Below are positions 35,159 through 44,668 of a stretch of 64,000 nucleotides of DNA, one piece after another; within the stretch, counting starts at the first letter, position 1; each line of letters begins with the position of its first letter. The notes beneath the pieces are model-generated. The model did no database searches. It saw only the letters and a list, made by a program, of their open reading frames with translations, and had not been told where the DNA came from. The DNA comes from Candidatus Woesebacteria bacterium RIFCSPHIGHO2_02_FULL_42_20 (GTDB taxonomy: Bacteria > Patescibacteriota > Microgenomatia > UBA8517), in NCBI GenBank assembly GCA_001792535.1, contig MGGS01000013.1, positions 64,692 to 128,691 of the forward strand, read 5' to 3'. Position numbers and translations under genes: made by a program.

Positions 35159-35307
35159 AAACTAGTTATGGTTGAAAGTATTATAACCAATATTACCGTG
35201 ATTTTGGCATTTTAGTCAACAGTTCGGATATAAGAAGTTAAGCGACATATTACTCGGGCAGCGGCTAAAAGAAACTTTTATAATCCTGCTTCCATTTTAT
35301 ATAGACT

Positions 35308-35865
35308 ATGACCAACATTATAATCATTCATGACACTGGCGGAAATCCTAACGGAAATTGGTTTCCTTGGCTAAAATCTGAACTTGAAAAATTAGATTGT
35401 AGAGTTTTCGTCCCTAAATTTCCTACGCCAGAAAATCAATCATTAGAAAATTGGCTTAAAGTTTTCAAAGCATATGAGCAATACTTGGACGAAAACTCTA
35501 TTGTTGTTGGTCATAGTCTTGGACCTGCATTTTTGTTAAGTGTTCTTGAAAATCTCAATCGCCCAATCAAAGCTGCGTTTTTCGTTGTTGGGTTTACTGG
35601 TTTATTGAATAATCCTGATTTTGACGAACTCAATGAATCTTTTGTTACAAAGAGCTTTGATTGGGCTAAAATCAAGAACAACTGCAAGAGATTTTATGTC
35701 ATCAATTCAGATAACGACCCTTATGTTCCACTTGAAAAAGGAAAATCTCTTGCTGAAAATCTTGGCACTGAATTAATTGTTCTCAAAAATGCAGGTCATA
35801 TTAACGAGGAAGCAGGATATACTGAATTTAGTTTCTTACTTGATAAAATAAAGAATGAATTGTAA
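35308..35865 (+). CDS. RBBP9/YdeN-like serine hydrolase (alpha/beta fold)
   Basis: IIIIHDTGGNPNGNWFPW… N-terminus, nucleophile GHSLG and a C-terminal …NAGHINEEAGY. It is a paralog of 49642..50217. Confidence 0.65.
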   Translation: MTNIIIIHDTGGNPNGNWFPWLKSELEKLDCRVFVPKFPTPENQSLENWLKVFKAYEQYLDENSIVVGHSLGPAFLLSVLENLNRPIKAAFFVVGFTGLLNNPDFDELNESFVTKSFDWAKIKNNCKRFYVINSDNDPYVPLEKGKSLAENLGTELIVLKNAGHINEEAGYTEFSFLLDKIKNEL

Positions 35866-36050
35866 CGCCGCCGCGCTGCATCATACGCCTCCGCTCCTTT
35901 CAGTCGCTCGGGGGACGCTGCGCTTTCGTCGCTACGCTCCTCACCCTCGCTTAACAAGGATTATGAGGAAAATGCCTCAGCTCGGCATTTTCCCAAATTT
36001 GCTCCACTTCATTCCGCAAACTTCTCATAATCCTGACGTTATATGACATA
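35866..36050. repeat. GC-rich intergenic repeat element, copy E1
   Basis: Shares blocks with E2 and E3: ACGCTGCGCT(T/C)TC, TAACAAGG(G)AT(T)AT, TTTCCCAAAT, GCTCGGC and TTC(T/G)CATAATCC. Confidence 0.5.
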
Positions 36051-36081
36051 GAAAACATTTTACTAATTTTTTTAAATAACA

Positions 36082-36504
36082 ATGATAAATAAACGATTAC
36101 AAAATTTATTTCTTGTGGGAGCAATTTTAGAGATTCTTCATATGCCTTTAGAGCTGTGGCTTTTTGGTTTAGACCATTCAGTTTACAGCGATGCAAGGGC
36201 CGTTTTTGATTTTATGCAGGAAAAACTTAGTTATTTTTCCTCAAATAGCGATGAATCATTTATTATCCTTATTGGTATGTTTGGATTTTTTTGGCTCTTA
36301 ACAACATACCTCATGTTAAATGGGAAAAAGTGGCAATTGGTTGTTGTTATTTTTTTCAGTCTTCTCTTTATATCAGAAGTACATCATCTTATTCGCTCTA
36401 TAATAAAGACGAGCTATTATCCAGGAACTTTAATAGGCTTGGTAATTTGTATAATAGGGATCGTTATTTTCATAGAATCTCTAAAATCTTTAAAGGAAAA
36501 GTAA
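36082..36504 (+). CDS. hypothetical polytopic membrane protein
   Basis: 140 aa with 4 predicted TM helices. Confidence 0.4.
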   Translation: MINKRLQNLFLVGAILEILHMPLELWLFGLDHSVYSDARAVFDFMQEKLSYFSSNSDESFIILIGMFGFFWLLTTYLMLNGKKWQLVVVIFFSLLFISEVHHLIRSIIKTSYYPGTLIGLVICIIGIVIFIESLKSLKEK

Positions 36505-36667
36505 AAATGTTTTCTACATCATATAACACGGCATATCTGGCTTCGGCTTTTACAAAGCCTACGCTCAAATCGCTTCGCGACTTCAGATATGCCGGAACGT
36601 TATATAAAATATTTTTTAGGGGGCCTACCGAAAGCAATATAAGTATTTAATTCTTTACATTACTATT

Positions 36668-37243
36668 ATGGCAAATCAAGATATCGAAATTGAAATAAAA
36701 ACTACCTTGGATAATCCAGATGATGTAAAGGAATTTCTTAATGAGAATGGAAAATTAGTATCAAAAGATGTTTTTCAGAAAGATACATATTTTATTCCAA
36801 CCCACAGGGATTTTCTAAACGTAAAATATCCTTTCGAATGGTTGAGATTAAGGGAATCACAAAAAGGATTTTCAATAAACTATAAGCATTTTCATCCTGA
36901 AAATGTCAAAAAGACGGACTATTGCGATGAATTTGAAACAAAAATTGAAAATGTTGAAGCAATAAAAAAGATTTTTCAAAACTTGAATATAAAAGAAACT
37001 GTTGTTGTAGAAAAGGTTAGAACTACTTGGATGTTTGAAGAAGTTGAAATTGTAATTGATGAAGTAAAAGATTTGGGTTCATACATTGAATTAGAAACAA
37101 CAGCACATTTTGAAAAGCCTCAAGAGGGCAAGAAATTTCTTTACAAGATACTTAAAAAATTAAATGCTAAAGTAGGAGAAGAGGATTTGAGAGGTTACCC
37201 TTTTAGAATCTTAGAAAACAAAGGATATAAATTTGGAGAATAA
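36668..37243 (+). CDS. CYTH-domain protein (class IV adenylate cyclase / triphosphate tunnel metalloenzyme family)
   Basis: N-terminal EIEIK signature (MANQDIEIEIKTTL…) and alternating acidic/basic beta-strand pattern typical of CYTH. Confidence 0.6.
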   Translation: MANQDIEIEIKTTLDNPDDVKEFLNENGKLVSKDVFQKDTYFIPTHRDFLNVKYPFEWLRLRESQKGFSINYKHFHPENVKKTDYCDEFETKIENVEAIKKIFQNLNIKETVVVEKVRTTWMFEEVEIVIDEVKDLGSYIELETTAHFEKPQEGKKFLYKILKKLNAKVGEEDLRGYPFRILENKGYKFGE

Positions 37244-37254
37244 CGGCCACCTAA

Positions 37255-37440
37255 AAATTACTCTGTGGAAAATAAAAGATTTTCCTTGCCACGCTGCGCT
37301 CTCCTCCCGTTGGTTGTCGGGGTGTATAACAAGGGATATTCAGTTCAGGGCTCTGCTCGCCCCTCACCCAAATTGCTCGTTTCTGCCAAAATATAGCTAA
37401 GGTTAAACGAGCAACTTACGTATAGCTCGGTGCGTTGTGG
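37255..37440. repeat. GC-rich intergenic repeat element, copy E2
   Basis: Shares CCACGCTGCGCTCTCCTCCCG and GTATAACAAGGGATATTCAG blocks with E1. It has an internal 10-bp inverted repeat TTGCTCGTTT…AAACGAGCAA. Confidence 0.45.
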
Positions 37441-37532
37441 TAATATTACTCGGATTTTATAAACAAAAAGTATTTAATTAATAAAAGTTATAGAATAAAA
37501 ATATGGAGGGATAATATATAAGAAGAGAATAC

Positions 37533-37751
37533 TTGGCGCAAGACAGAACTCATCTTGCAAACGAAAGAACACTTTTAGCATATTGGAGAACTACGCTTGC
37601 ATTTTTAGTTTTAGGAGCATTTCTAATCAAATTTTTTGTTTCAATATATTCCATGATATTGGCTTTAGTTTCAATGCTTTTTGGAGTTGTATTATTTATT
37701 TATGGTATTGTAAGGTATCTCAAATATAAGGCAAAAATAAATCACAGATAA
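37533..37751 (+). CDS. DUF202 (YidH-like) small membrane protein
   Basis: RTHLANERTLLAYWRTTLAFLVLGAF matches the DUF202 signature. TTG start as given by the ORF track. Confidence 0.55.
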   Translation: MAQDRTHLANERTLLAYWRTTLAFLVLGAFLIKFFVSIYSMILALVSMLFGVVLFIYGIVRYLKYKAKINHR

Positions 37752-37905
37752 TCAAACCCTGCGTCATACAGTCGGTTGCTTCGTTCCCTCGTTCGCCTTG
37801 CGGGATTACCACATAACACGGCTTAAACAAAATTTCTTGCAGAAATTTCCCAAATGCTCGGCTATGCCTAGCACTTCGCATAATCCGATATGTTAATTTG
37901 AAAAT
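37752..37905. repeat. GC-rich intergenic repeat element, copy E3
   Basis: CCCTGCGTCATACAGTCGG…TTTCCCAAATGCTCGGCTATGCC…TTCGCATAATCC parallels E1. Confidence 0.45.
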
Positions 37906-37953
37906 CTCGAGAAGTTTTAACTGACACCCCAGATTTTAGAGGCATTGGCTGTT

Positions 37954-39774
37954 TCATTGCTTTTCTTTTCTCGAAAACCTTTTTCTTTCTATCTCATTCA
38001 GTAACTTTTTCCGAATCCTAAGTGACGAAGGGGTGATTTCGAGTAACTCGTCTTTTTCCAAGAAATCCAGAGATTGCTCGAGCGAATATTTTGTTGCAGG
38101 CGTAAGCTGGATAACCCCGTCGGATATTTTAGACCTCATATTTGTCAGTTTTTTACCTTTACAGACATTAATGGCTATGTCCTCGTCTTTTGCGTTCATC
38201 CCAACTATCATTCCCTCATAAACCTTTTCTCCGGGGTCTATAAAGGTAATTCCCCTGCCTTGAGCATTTTCAAGTCCGTAGGTAAGGGCAACTCCTGACT
38301 CGTTTGCAATTAGTGCCCCCCTTCTCATTTTGGGAATGGTTCTGCCCATTTTTTCGTAGCCTGTGATTTGTGAGCTATAGACGACCGTTCCTTTGGTTGC
38401 CGTAAGCAGAAGGCTTCGAAGTCCGATGAGCGCGCGGGTAGGCATTTTGTAGACAAACTCGACTTCTTCGGCATTGATTGGGCCCATTTTAATTATATTA
38501 GCGTAACGCCTTCCGAACTCTTCTGTAATGACTCCTATGAATTCGTTTGGGATGACAATAGAGACTTCCTCGACGGGTTCGATAGTTTTACCGTCGACCA
38601 CTTTTGTAATTACCTCAGGTTTTCCGGCTTCCATTTCGTAATCCTCTCGTCTCATGGTTTCCAGTAGAACCGAAAGATGGAGTTCTCCCCGCCCTGACAA
38701 TTTAAATTTTCCGGAGGAGATTTTTTCAACATGCAGACTCAGATTGCTTTCAAGTTCGGCCAGCAGTCTTTCTTCGATTTGCCGGCTTGTGACAAATTTA
38801 CCAACACGGCCTGCAAAAGGTGAAGTATTAGGGCCGATTGTGATGTGGATAGTTGGTTCGCCTACGGATATGGAAGGGAGGGGTGTTGTGTCAGCCGGGT
38901 CACAAACAGTTTCGCCGATTTTGACATTTCCGAGTCCAGAAAAGGAAACAATTTCTCCGCCATCAGCCGAGTCAACCTCTTTCTTTTTGAGGCCCTGATA
39001 CACGAAAAGTTTCTCTATGGAGAAAAGTTTTTTTAAGTTTCCAGATATCACCACTTTCATGCTCTTTTGGATAACTCCGCTATGAATTTTCCCGACGGCA
39101 ATTCTTCCTAGGTGATTGTCGTATTCAAGGGAAGTTACGACCATTTTAAACGGCCCGGAGTTTCTTGTGGCGGCTGGGACGGTAGAAACGATAGTGTCTA
39201 AAAGCGGAAAAATATCAGCCGACCCTCCGAGTATTTCTGGCAAAGTAGTATAAACTGCGCCGAGTTTTCCGACTGAGTATAAAACAGGAAATTCCAATTG
39301 GGAGTCTTTGTTGGCCAGTTCCAAAAACAGGGAATCTACTCTCGAAAGAGTTTCTTCAGGGCGGGCAAATTTCTTGTCGATTTTGTTTATGACAACAATG
39401 ATTTTGAGCCCAAGGGCAAGCGCTTTTTTGAGAACAAACCGGGTTTGCGGCATTGGGCCTTCTTGGGCGTCGACGATCAGAAGTGCTCCGTCAGCCATTC
39501 CTAAAGTACGCTCAACCTCACCCGAAAAATCAGCGTGGCCGGGTGTATCTATGATATTTATCTTTGTGTTTTTGTAGCGGATTGAACAGACCTTAGCCAG
39601 AATTGTAATTCCCCGCTCGCGTTCCAAAGTGTTACTGTCCATAATTTGTGTTTGGTTCATCTCCTCTTCGTTGTCACGAAAGACGTGAGTTTGCTTTAAA
39701 AGAGCATCCACCAAGGTAGTTTTACCATGGTCAACATGGGCAATAACGGCAACATTTATAATTTTTTCGTTCAT
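37954..39774 (-). CDS. typA: translational GTPase TypA/BipA
   Basis: AHVDHGKTTLVD, DTPGHADF, NKID G-motifs, 606 aa and a C-terminal BipA-specific domain. Confidence 0.9.
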   Translation of the reverse strand: MNEKIINVAVIAHVDHGKTTLVDALLKQTHVFRDNEEEMNQTQIMDSNTLERERGITILAKVCSIRYKNTKINIIDTPGHADFSGEVERTLGMADGALLIVDAQEGPMPQTRFVLKKALALGLKIIVVINKIDKKFARPEETLSRVDSLFLELANKDSQLEFPVLYSVGKLGAVYTTLPEILGGSADIFPLLDTIVSTVPAATRNSGPFKMVVTSLEYDNHLGRIAVGKIHSGVIQKSMKVVISGNLKKLFSIEKLFVYQGLKKKEVDSADGGEIVSFSGLGNVKIGETVCDPADTTPLPSISVGEPTIHITIGPNTSPFAGRVGKFVTSRQIEERLLAELESNLSLHVEKISSGKFKLSGRGELHLSVLLETMRREDYEMEAGKPEVITKVVDGKTIEPVEEVSIVIPNEFIGVITEEFGRRYANIIKMGPINAEEVEFVYKMPTRALIGLRSLLLTATKGTVVYSSQITGYEKMGRTIPKMRRGALIANESGVALTYGLENAQGRGITFIDPGEKVYEGMIVGMNAKDEDIAINVCKGKKLTNMRSKISDGVIQLTPATKYSLEQSLDFLEKDELLEITPSSLRIRKKLLNEIERKRFSRKEKQ

Positions 39775-39822
39775 TCGGGAGCTATATTTTAACAGAATTT
39801 AGGGCAATTTACTAAAAAATAT

Positions 39823-40431
39823 CTAAAGCTGTCCCGGAATAGGAGAGTCTGAGGGCGAAGGCGAGGGGAAAACTGTCGGAATGGGTTGGGGAGAGGTGGG
39901 AAGAATAGCTAGGCCGGATATGTCTGAAACTATTAAAACGTCTGTCAATTTATTATATTTTCCCGCCGCAAAAATTCTTTTGCCTACTAAGCGTGCGACG
40001 TCCACGGATGGGGGTACTTCTAAAGTGATTGCCTCCGCAGAGGTTGTTGTTAGATAATATTTGCTTGTTACCGAGGAGTAGCGCAAAGTCCCCGAAAAAG
40101 CTGTTTCTTTCCATGGACTTGTGGTTGGTGTGGGAGTAACTACGGGTGCGGGTGTCGGAAGTACATCTTTGATATAAGGCACTTTGGCCAGAAACGCCGT
40201 GATAACTCCTAAACCGTAAGTTCCCGTTAAGACCAGAGCCACGATTAAAAGTGTTGTAATGGGCCGGACTTTTACTTTTATTTCGACACCTTCGTTACCG
40301 ATTATTTTCTTCCACCAGTTTCGAATGTAGGTAATTGGATTTCTGACTTCGAGATCAAAAATCGGAGGATCGGGATTAATCTTTGGAGCCTTTTTCTTAA
40401 CAGAAACGTAGTTTTTTGTCCACTTGGTCAC
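39823..40431 (-). CDS. hypothetical membrane-anchored protein with Pro/Thr-rich linkers
   Basis: 202 aa, single TM helix, PTPAPVVTPTPTTSP and PTSPQPIPTVFPSPSPSDSPIP low-complexity stretches. Confidence 0.4.
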   Translation of the reverse strand: MTKWTKNYVSVKKKAPKINPDPPIFDLEVRNPITYIRNWWKKIIGNEGVEIKVKVRPITTLLIVALVLTGTYGLGVITAFLAKVPYIKDVLPTPAPVVTPTPTTSPWKETAFSGTLRYSSVTSKYYLTTTSAEAITLEVPPSVDVARLVGKRIFAAGKYNKLTDVLIVSDISGLAILPTSPQPIPTVFPSPSPSDSPIPGQL

Positions 40432-40489
40432 GTTAGTATCAGTGTAGTACTAAAATGGCAAGACTTTCAATATCGCATATAATAGAAAA

Positions 40490-41209
40490 ATGAAATTTCT
40501 TTCAATAATTGTTCTGACATTTGTTGCATCGGTTGTTGGGACAATTAGCGGCTTTGGTTTATCAACGATTATGGTGCCTGTGGTTTTGTTTTTCTTCCCG
40601 CTTCCGACAACGCTTTTGTTCGTGGGTATCATTCATGCTTTTGGTGATGTTTGGAAAGTGGTTCTTTTTAAGCGAGGGGTGGCAAAATGGCGGACTATTT
40701 TGGCTTTTGGTGTGCTGGGAGTGATCGCCAGCTTTTTGGGTGCCGGAATTGTCCTTTCCACGCCAAGCGAAATTCTTCAAAAGGTTTTGGGCGGAGTCCT
40801 TGTTGGTTACGTCATTCTCCTCGCTTTCGAGCCAAAATTTAAGTTTCCACAAACCACTCTCTTTTCTGGGATTGGGGGAGTGTTTTCTGGTTTATTGGCC
40901 GGAATTTCAGGGATTGGCGGGCCAGTCCGAAGTATGTTTCTTTCTGCTTACAGCTTTCCCAAAGAGGTATATATTTTCGCGTCCGGCGTAATTGGTTTGT
41001 TTATAGATACTGGCCGACTGTTTATTTATTCGGCTGGAGGAATAAAACTTGATTCAAATCTTGGATGGGGCTTGTTAGTATTTATCCCGATTTCATTTAT
41101 CGGTGCCGAAGTCGCCAAAAAATTAGTGGACAAGATTTCCCAGAAAGCTTTCAGGGGTGTCGTAGCAGCGTTTTTATTTCTGGTAGGCGCGCGCCTGCTA
41201 TTGGCCTAA
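40490..41209 (+). CDS. TauE/SafE (TSUP) family membrane transporter
   Basis: 239-aa polytopic protein with the internal duplication and GxGGG-like motifs (GISGIGGP) typical of TSUP. Confidence 0.7.
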   Translation: MKFLSIIVLTFVASVVGTISGFGLSTIMVPVVLFFFPLPTTLLFVGIIHAFGDVWKVVLFKRGVAKWRTILAFGVLGVIASFLGAGIVLSTPSEILQKVLGGVLVGYVILLAFEPKFKFPQTTLFSGIGGVFSGLLAGISGIGGPVRSMFLSAYSFPKEVYIFASGVIGLFIDTGRLFIYSAGGIKLDSNLGWGLLVFIPISFIGAEVAKKLVDKISQKAFRGVVAAFLFLVGARLLLA

Positions 41210-41383
41210 AGCTTACTCCCAATTTTGATCCGCGTAGTGCCAGGATAGTTCCTTTTCAATAGCTTGTTTCAAACCAAATAGACTTTACGTGGGGATTGCC
41301 TTTTTTGTCAGCCGTTGCCAAATAGACAATGTCCGTTTTCAGAAGCTTCTCAGTCTCTTTCCTGTTTAATGCCATAATTAAAT

Positions 41384-42148
41384 CTATGTTTTTATTAAAG
41401 ACAAGATCTTATCATGCACTTTTCCGTTACTTGCGACGACAAGCATATCGTCAGCAAGCCAGTTTATTGGTTTGCCCTTGGCGTTTGTGACTTTTCCACC
41501 CGCTTCCTCAATAATTGCTGCACCCGCAGCGAAATCCCATGGATATGCCCAGTGAATATAACCTCCGTAAACTCCTTCGGCTACGTAGGACAAGCCAGCT
41601 ACAGTACAGCCCAAAATGGGTGTGTATCTTACTTTATCCACCAGTGGTAACACTAGATTATTAACTTCCTTTGCTCTTTCACCCATCCAACCCAAGTCAT
41701 AACCGACCATTATGTCTCTAAGAGCAGATTTAGCATTTACTTTTATCGGCTGGTCATTTTTAAATGCCCCCTTTCCTTCTACAGACCAATAAATACTTTT
41801 TAATGCAGGGAAGTAAATTACCCCTAACTGCGGTTTGCCATTCCTTAAAAGGCCGATGGAAATGCCAAAAGTCGGCATACCCGAAAAATATGGACCTGTT
41901 CCGTCAATAGGGTCAATTACCCACCAATAATCCGAGCCATTATCTTCTCCGCCGGTTTCTTCGGATAAATAGTTATGATTTGGAAATTCTGACTTTAAAA
42001 CTTTCAATATTCGTGCTTCCGAAGCTTTATCGACCTCCGTTGCTATGTTGTCAACTGTTCCCTTTCTTTTAACTGAATGGTTTGCAAAACGTCTGGCGAG
42101 GGTTATTTCTCCGGCTTCGAGTGATGCTCTTTTTGCAACCTCAATCAT
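41384..42148 (-). CDS. inositol monophosphatase family protein (SuhB/IMPase-like)
   Basis: WVIDPIDGT metal-binding motif and …ASNGKVH… C-terminal motif. Confidence 0.8.
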   Translation of the reverse strand: MIEVAKRASLEAGEITLARRFANHSVKRKGTVDNIATEVDKASEARILKVLKSEFPNHNYLSEETGGEDNGSDYWWVIDPIDGTGPYFSGMPTFGISIGLLRNGKPQLGVIYFPALKSIYWSVEGKGAFKNDQPIKVNAKSALRDIMVGYDLGWMGERAKEVNNLVLPLVDKVRYTPILGCTVAGLSYVAEGVYGGYIHWAYPWDFAAGAAIIEEAGGKVTNAKGKPINWLADDMLVVASNGKVHDKILSLIKT

Positions 42149-42149
42149 G

Positions 42150-42761
42150 TTATTTATTGTTTAAGGCCAGATAATTATTAACTTTCAGAATAAGAGCTGC
42201 TGTTGCACCATGGGTTATTTTGCTGTCCATTACCCACAGGACTGCTTTTTTAAAAGGAACTTTTATGACTTTAATATTCTCAGTTCCTTCAGGATTTGCT
42301 TGTGAAAAGGATAAATCTCTAGCAAAAAACATATGATTTGGTGAGTAAATAGCTGTGGTAAAGGGGTCAATATATCCCAGGTCTATCCATTCCTTTGCAG
42401 AAATACCTGTCTCCTCTTTAAGTTCTCGTCTCGCAGCCGCGAGTTTATTTTCTCGCTTATTTATTCCTCCACTGATTGCCTCAATAGTTATTCTTTCCAC
42501 TGCATAGTGGTACTCTTTAGTTAAGTAAACATTTCCATTATTGTCTATCGGAAGGACGGATACGCCGGGTTTCATTTCCACAACTCCGAAGATACCTTTC
42601 TTTTTGTCCGGGCGAATTACTTTATCTTCACGAACTCTTAGCCACGGATTTTGGTAGACAGTTTTGGTTCCGGTAACTTCCCAAGGCCCCTTTTTGATTC
42701 TCACAAGGCTATTATACTCTAACCTTCTCGTACTCTTCGTCGAAGATATTAGGGAGTGCAT
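42150..42761 (-). CDS. NUDIX hydrolase
   Basis: Nudix box …AARRELKEETGI…. Confidence 0.75.
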   Translation of the reverse strand: MHSLISSTKSTRRLEYNSLVRIKKGPWEVTGTKTVYQNPWLRVREDKVIRPDKKKGIFGVVEMKPGVSVLPIDNNGNVYLTKEYHYAVERITIEAISGGINKRENKLAAARRELKEETGISAKEWIDLGYIDPFTTAIYSPNHMFFARDLSFSQANPEGTENIKVIKVPFKKAVLWVMDSKITHGATAALILKVNNYLALNNK

Positions 42762-43644
42762 GGATGAAGGCTTTATTTGTGTTTCCTTCCATCATCCAAT
42801 CAACTTCCTTCGGTGCATAGTTTGGCGGGCGAAAATCGTTGATTCTCTTAATCTCGCTTTTGTCCATTTCAAAATTCAAGCTTTCCAAATTTTCAACAAT
42901 GTGCTCGATTGTTTCGGATTTTACCAAAGGGTGCATGCCCTTGGTCGTCATCCAGTTTAAAATTATCTGGTTTTGAGTTCTGTTGTATTTTTTGGCAAGT
43001 TCGGCAAGTAACGGCCAGTTTTGCTTGGCGGTTCTATTCCGGCGCAAAGGTTGATAAAGAACATTTATGATTTTGTTTTTATTGTCAAAATCAATTATCC
43101 CCAAGTCATCTACGGTTCTGATTTCGAAGCTGTAATGCAGTTCGTGAGAAAAAATTTTGTCCCCAAACTCTGCGTGATACCTTTTCAAATTTTCTAGATC
43201 AAAGTTTGTAACACTGGCAAAGCGCGCCAAGTTTTGGTCAAGGAAACTTCTGACAAGTTTGACCAAAGGCTTGAATCCGTAAACTTTAATCGCGGTTACT
43301 GGAAATTGAATAGAATCGACTTTATTAATATCAAAAGTTTTAAGACACAGTTCAAATTCTTTTTTGACGTCACCGATGGTCGGGTTGTAATAGTTATAAA
43401 TAGACTGGAGTAAAAAAAGCTTATCGCGTGCTACACCCGAGCGGTTAACCGCTTCTTTAATAAGTTTCACTGAGTGACCTTGAGAGTTCCAAAAGTTTAT
43501 TTCGACAAAATTCATACCTCGGGAAAGCTGGTGGGTAAGTGCTTTTATCTGCTTTTCATCGTCGTTATTTGTGTCGTGCTCGGCAAAGCCGCCAATTCCC
43601 CAGGTCCCGATACCTATTTTGGAAAAATTGTTTCTGTTTATCAT
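42712..43644 (-). CDS. aldo/keto reductase-like protein (divergent)
   Basis: N-terminal IGIGTWGIGG resembles the AKR LGLGTW start. The rest is divergent. It overlaps the upstream Nudix gene by 50 nt, so the start may be internal. Confidence 0.45.
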   Translation of the reverse strand: MINRNNFSKIGIGTWGIGGFAEHDTNNDDEKQIKALTHQLSRGMNFVEINFWNSQGHSVKLIKEAVNRSGVARDKLFLLQSIYNYYNPTIGDVKKEFELCLKTFDINKVDSIQFPVTAIKVYGFKPLVKLVRSFLDQNLARFASVTNFDLENLKRYHAEFGDKIFSHELHYSFEIRTVDDLGIIDFDNKNKIINVLYQPLRRNRTAKQNWPLLAELAKKYNRTQNQIILNWMTTKGMHPLVKSETIEHIVENLESLNFEMDKSEIKRINDFRPPNYAPKEVDWMMEGNTNKAFIHALPNIFDEEYEKVRV

Positions 43645-43681
43645 TTTGATTGGTATATCACAATAGTTGAGGTAAAAAATG

Positions 43682-44362
43682 TTACTTGAAAATTTCCTTT
43701 TTCATATCTCTTGCCAGTTTCAAATAGAAGTTCTCCATTTCTTTCCATTTGAATGGAACCAGCATTTTTGGGTAGTCTTTAAATTCTACCACTCTTAAAA
43801 ATTGTCTAGCTAAGTGTATACTGTCGGTATGAATTCCAAATTTTATGGCCGAATCCTTTCTTATTTTTTCCAAATTAAACTCCTCCTTTAAAGATATAAA
43901 ATATAAGTCGATATAATCTTTGGCTCTTGGGCTTGCACTTATCGTTTCAAATTTGTTAAGTGTAATATCGTACAGACTATCGATACGTAAACCATTCCAA
44001 ACAATTCCCAATTCGGCCCTTTCTGAAGGATAATAACTAAAGTCCACCTTCAACGTATCGCCGTTTGGGTACTCAAAAGTGTAAAAATAAAACCCCAGCT
44101 GTTCTGTACGACCAACTTCGTTAAATCCGATTTTCTTTTTATTCTTCTGCAGGAACTTTTGAATATGTTGTGCGTTAACCTCAAATTTTTCACTAAAAAA
44201 GTCAAGATCATATGATTCGCGGTGATGTAAATACCAACAAGAAAGGGCTGTACCGCCAGAAAGATAAAAGTTCTTTAGGATGTATGGCTCTTGAAGTACC
44301 ACTGCCAGAAATTGCTTCTGTCGGCTAGTAAGCCCGGCTCCTTTTTCCATAACTTCCCCCAT
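43682..44362 (-). CDS. AbiEii/AbiGii-family nucleotidyltransferase (DUF1814; type IV TA toxin-like)
   Basis: …ILKNFYLSGGTALSCWYLHHRESYDLDFF… N-terminal NTase signature of the AbiEii family. Confidence 0.6.
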   Translation of the reverse strand: MGEVMEKGAGLTSRQKQFLAVVLQEPYILKNFYLSGGTALSCWYLHHRESYDLDFFSEKFEVNAQHIQKFLQKNKKKIGFNEVGRTEQLGFYFYTFEYPNGDTLKVDFSYYPSERAELGIVWNGLRIDSLYDITLNKFETISASPRAKDYIDLYFISLKEEFNLEKIRKDSAIKFGIHTDSIHLARQFLRVVEFKDYPKMLVPFKWKEMENFYLKLARDMKKEIFK

Positions 44363-44571
44363 ACAAAGAATTCTATAGTTTTACGGCTGTCTGGATCAAG
44401 CCCCTTTTTTATCTTCGGCCAGGCGCGTTTTACCTCGCGCTCATCCAGTTTTTCACCGTCAAGGCCGTAGTTAATGAGTTGAGTCAGCCTCCAAAGCCTG
44501 TATTCTTTGGGGTTTTCTTTTTTAAACTTTTTTTCATCAACCGACCAGTTAATCATAACTAATTGTAGCAT
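44275..44571 (-). CDS. hypothetical protein; possible cognate partner of the AbiEii-like gene
   Basis: 98-aa ORF directly upstream whose 3' end overlaps the AbiEii ORF by ~80 nt. No recognisable family. Confidence 0.3.
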   Translation of the reverse strand: MLQLVMINWSVDEKKFKKENPKEYRLWRLTQLINYGLDGEKLDEREVKRAWPKIKKGLDPDSRKTIEFFVWGKLWKKEPGLLADRSNFWQWYFKSHTS

Positions 44572-44668
44572 TTCGGCCGGGTAGACTCTAGCCTCAATTT
44601 AATCGGACTAAATCGATCTAGTTTCACTCAGTAATTATGTCGGCAAAAAAGTTGTATAATCTGGGCAG

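Noticed and set aside
36291-36650. ORF 36291..36650 (+)
   Set aside because: It overlaps the 3' half of the better-supported membrane-protein ORF 36082..36504 in another frame, and it has no motif.
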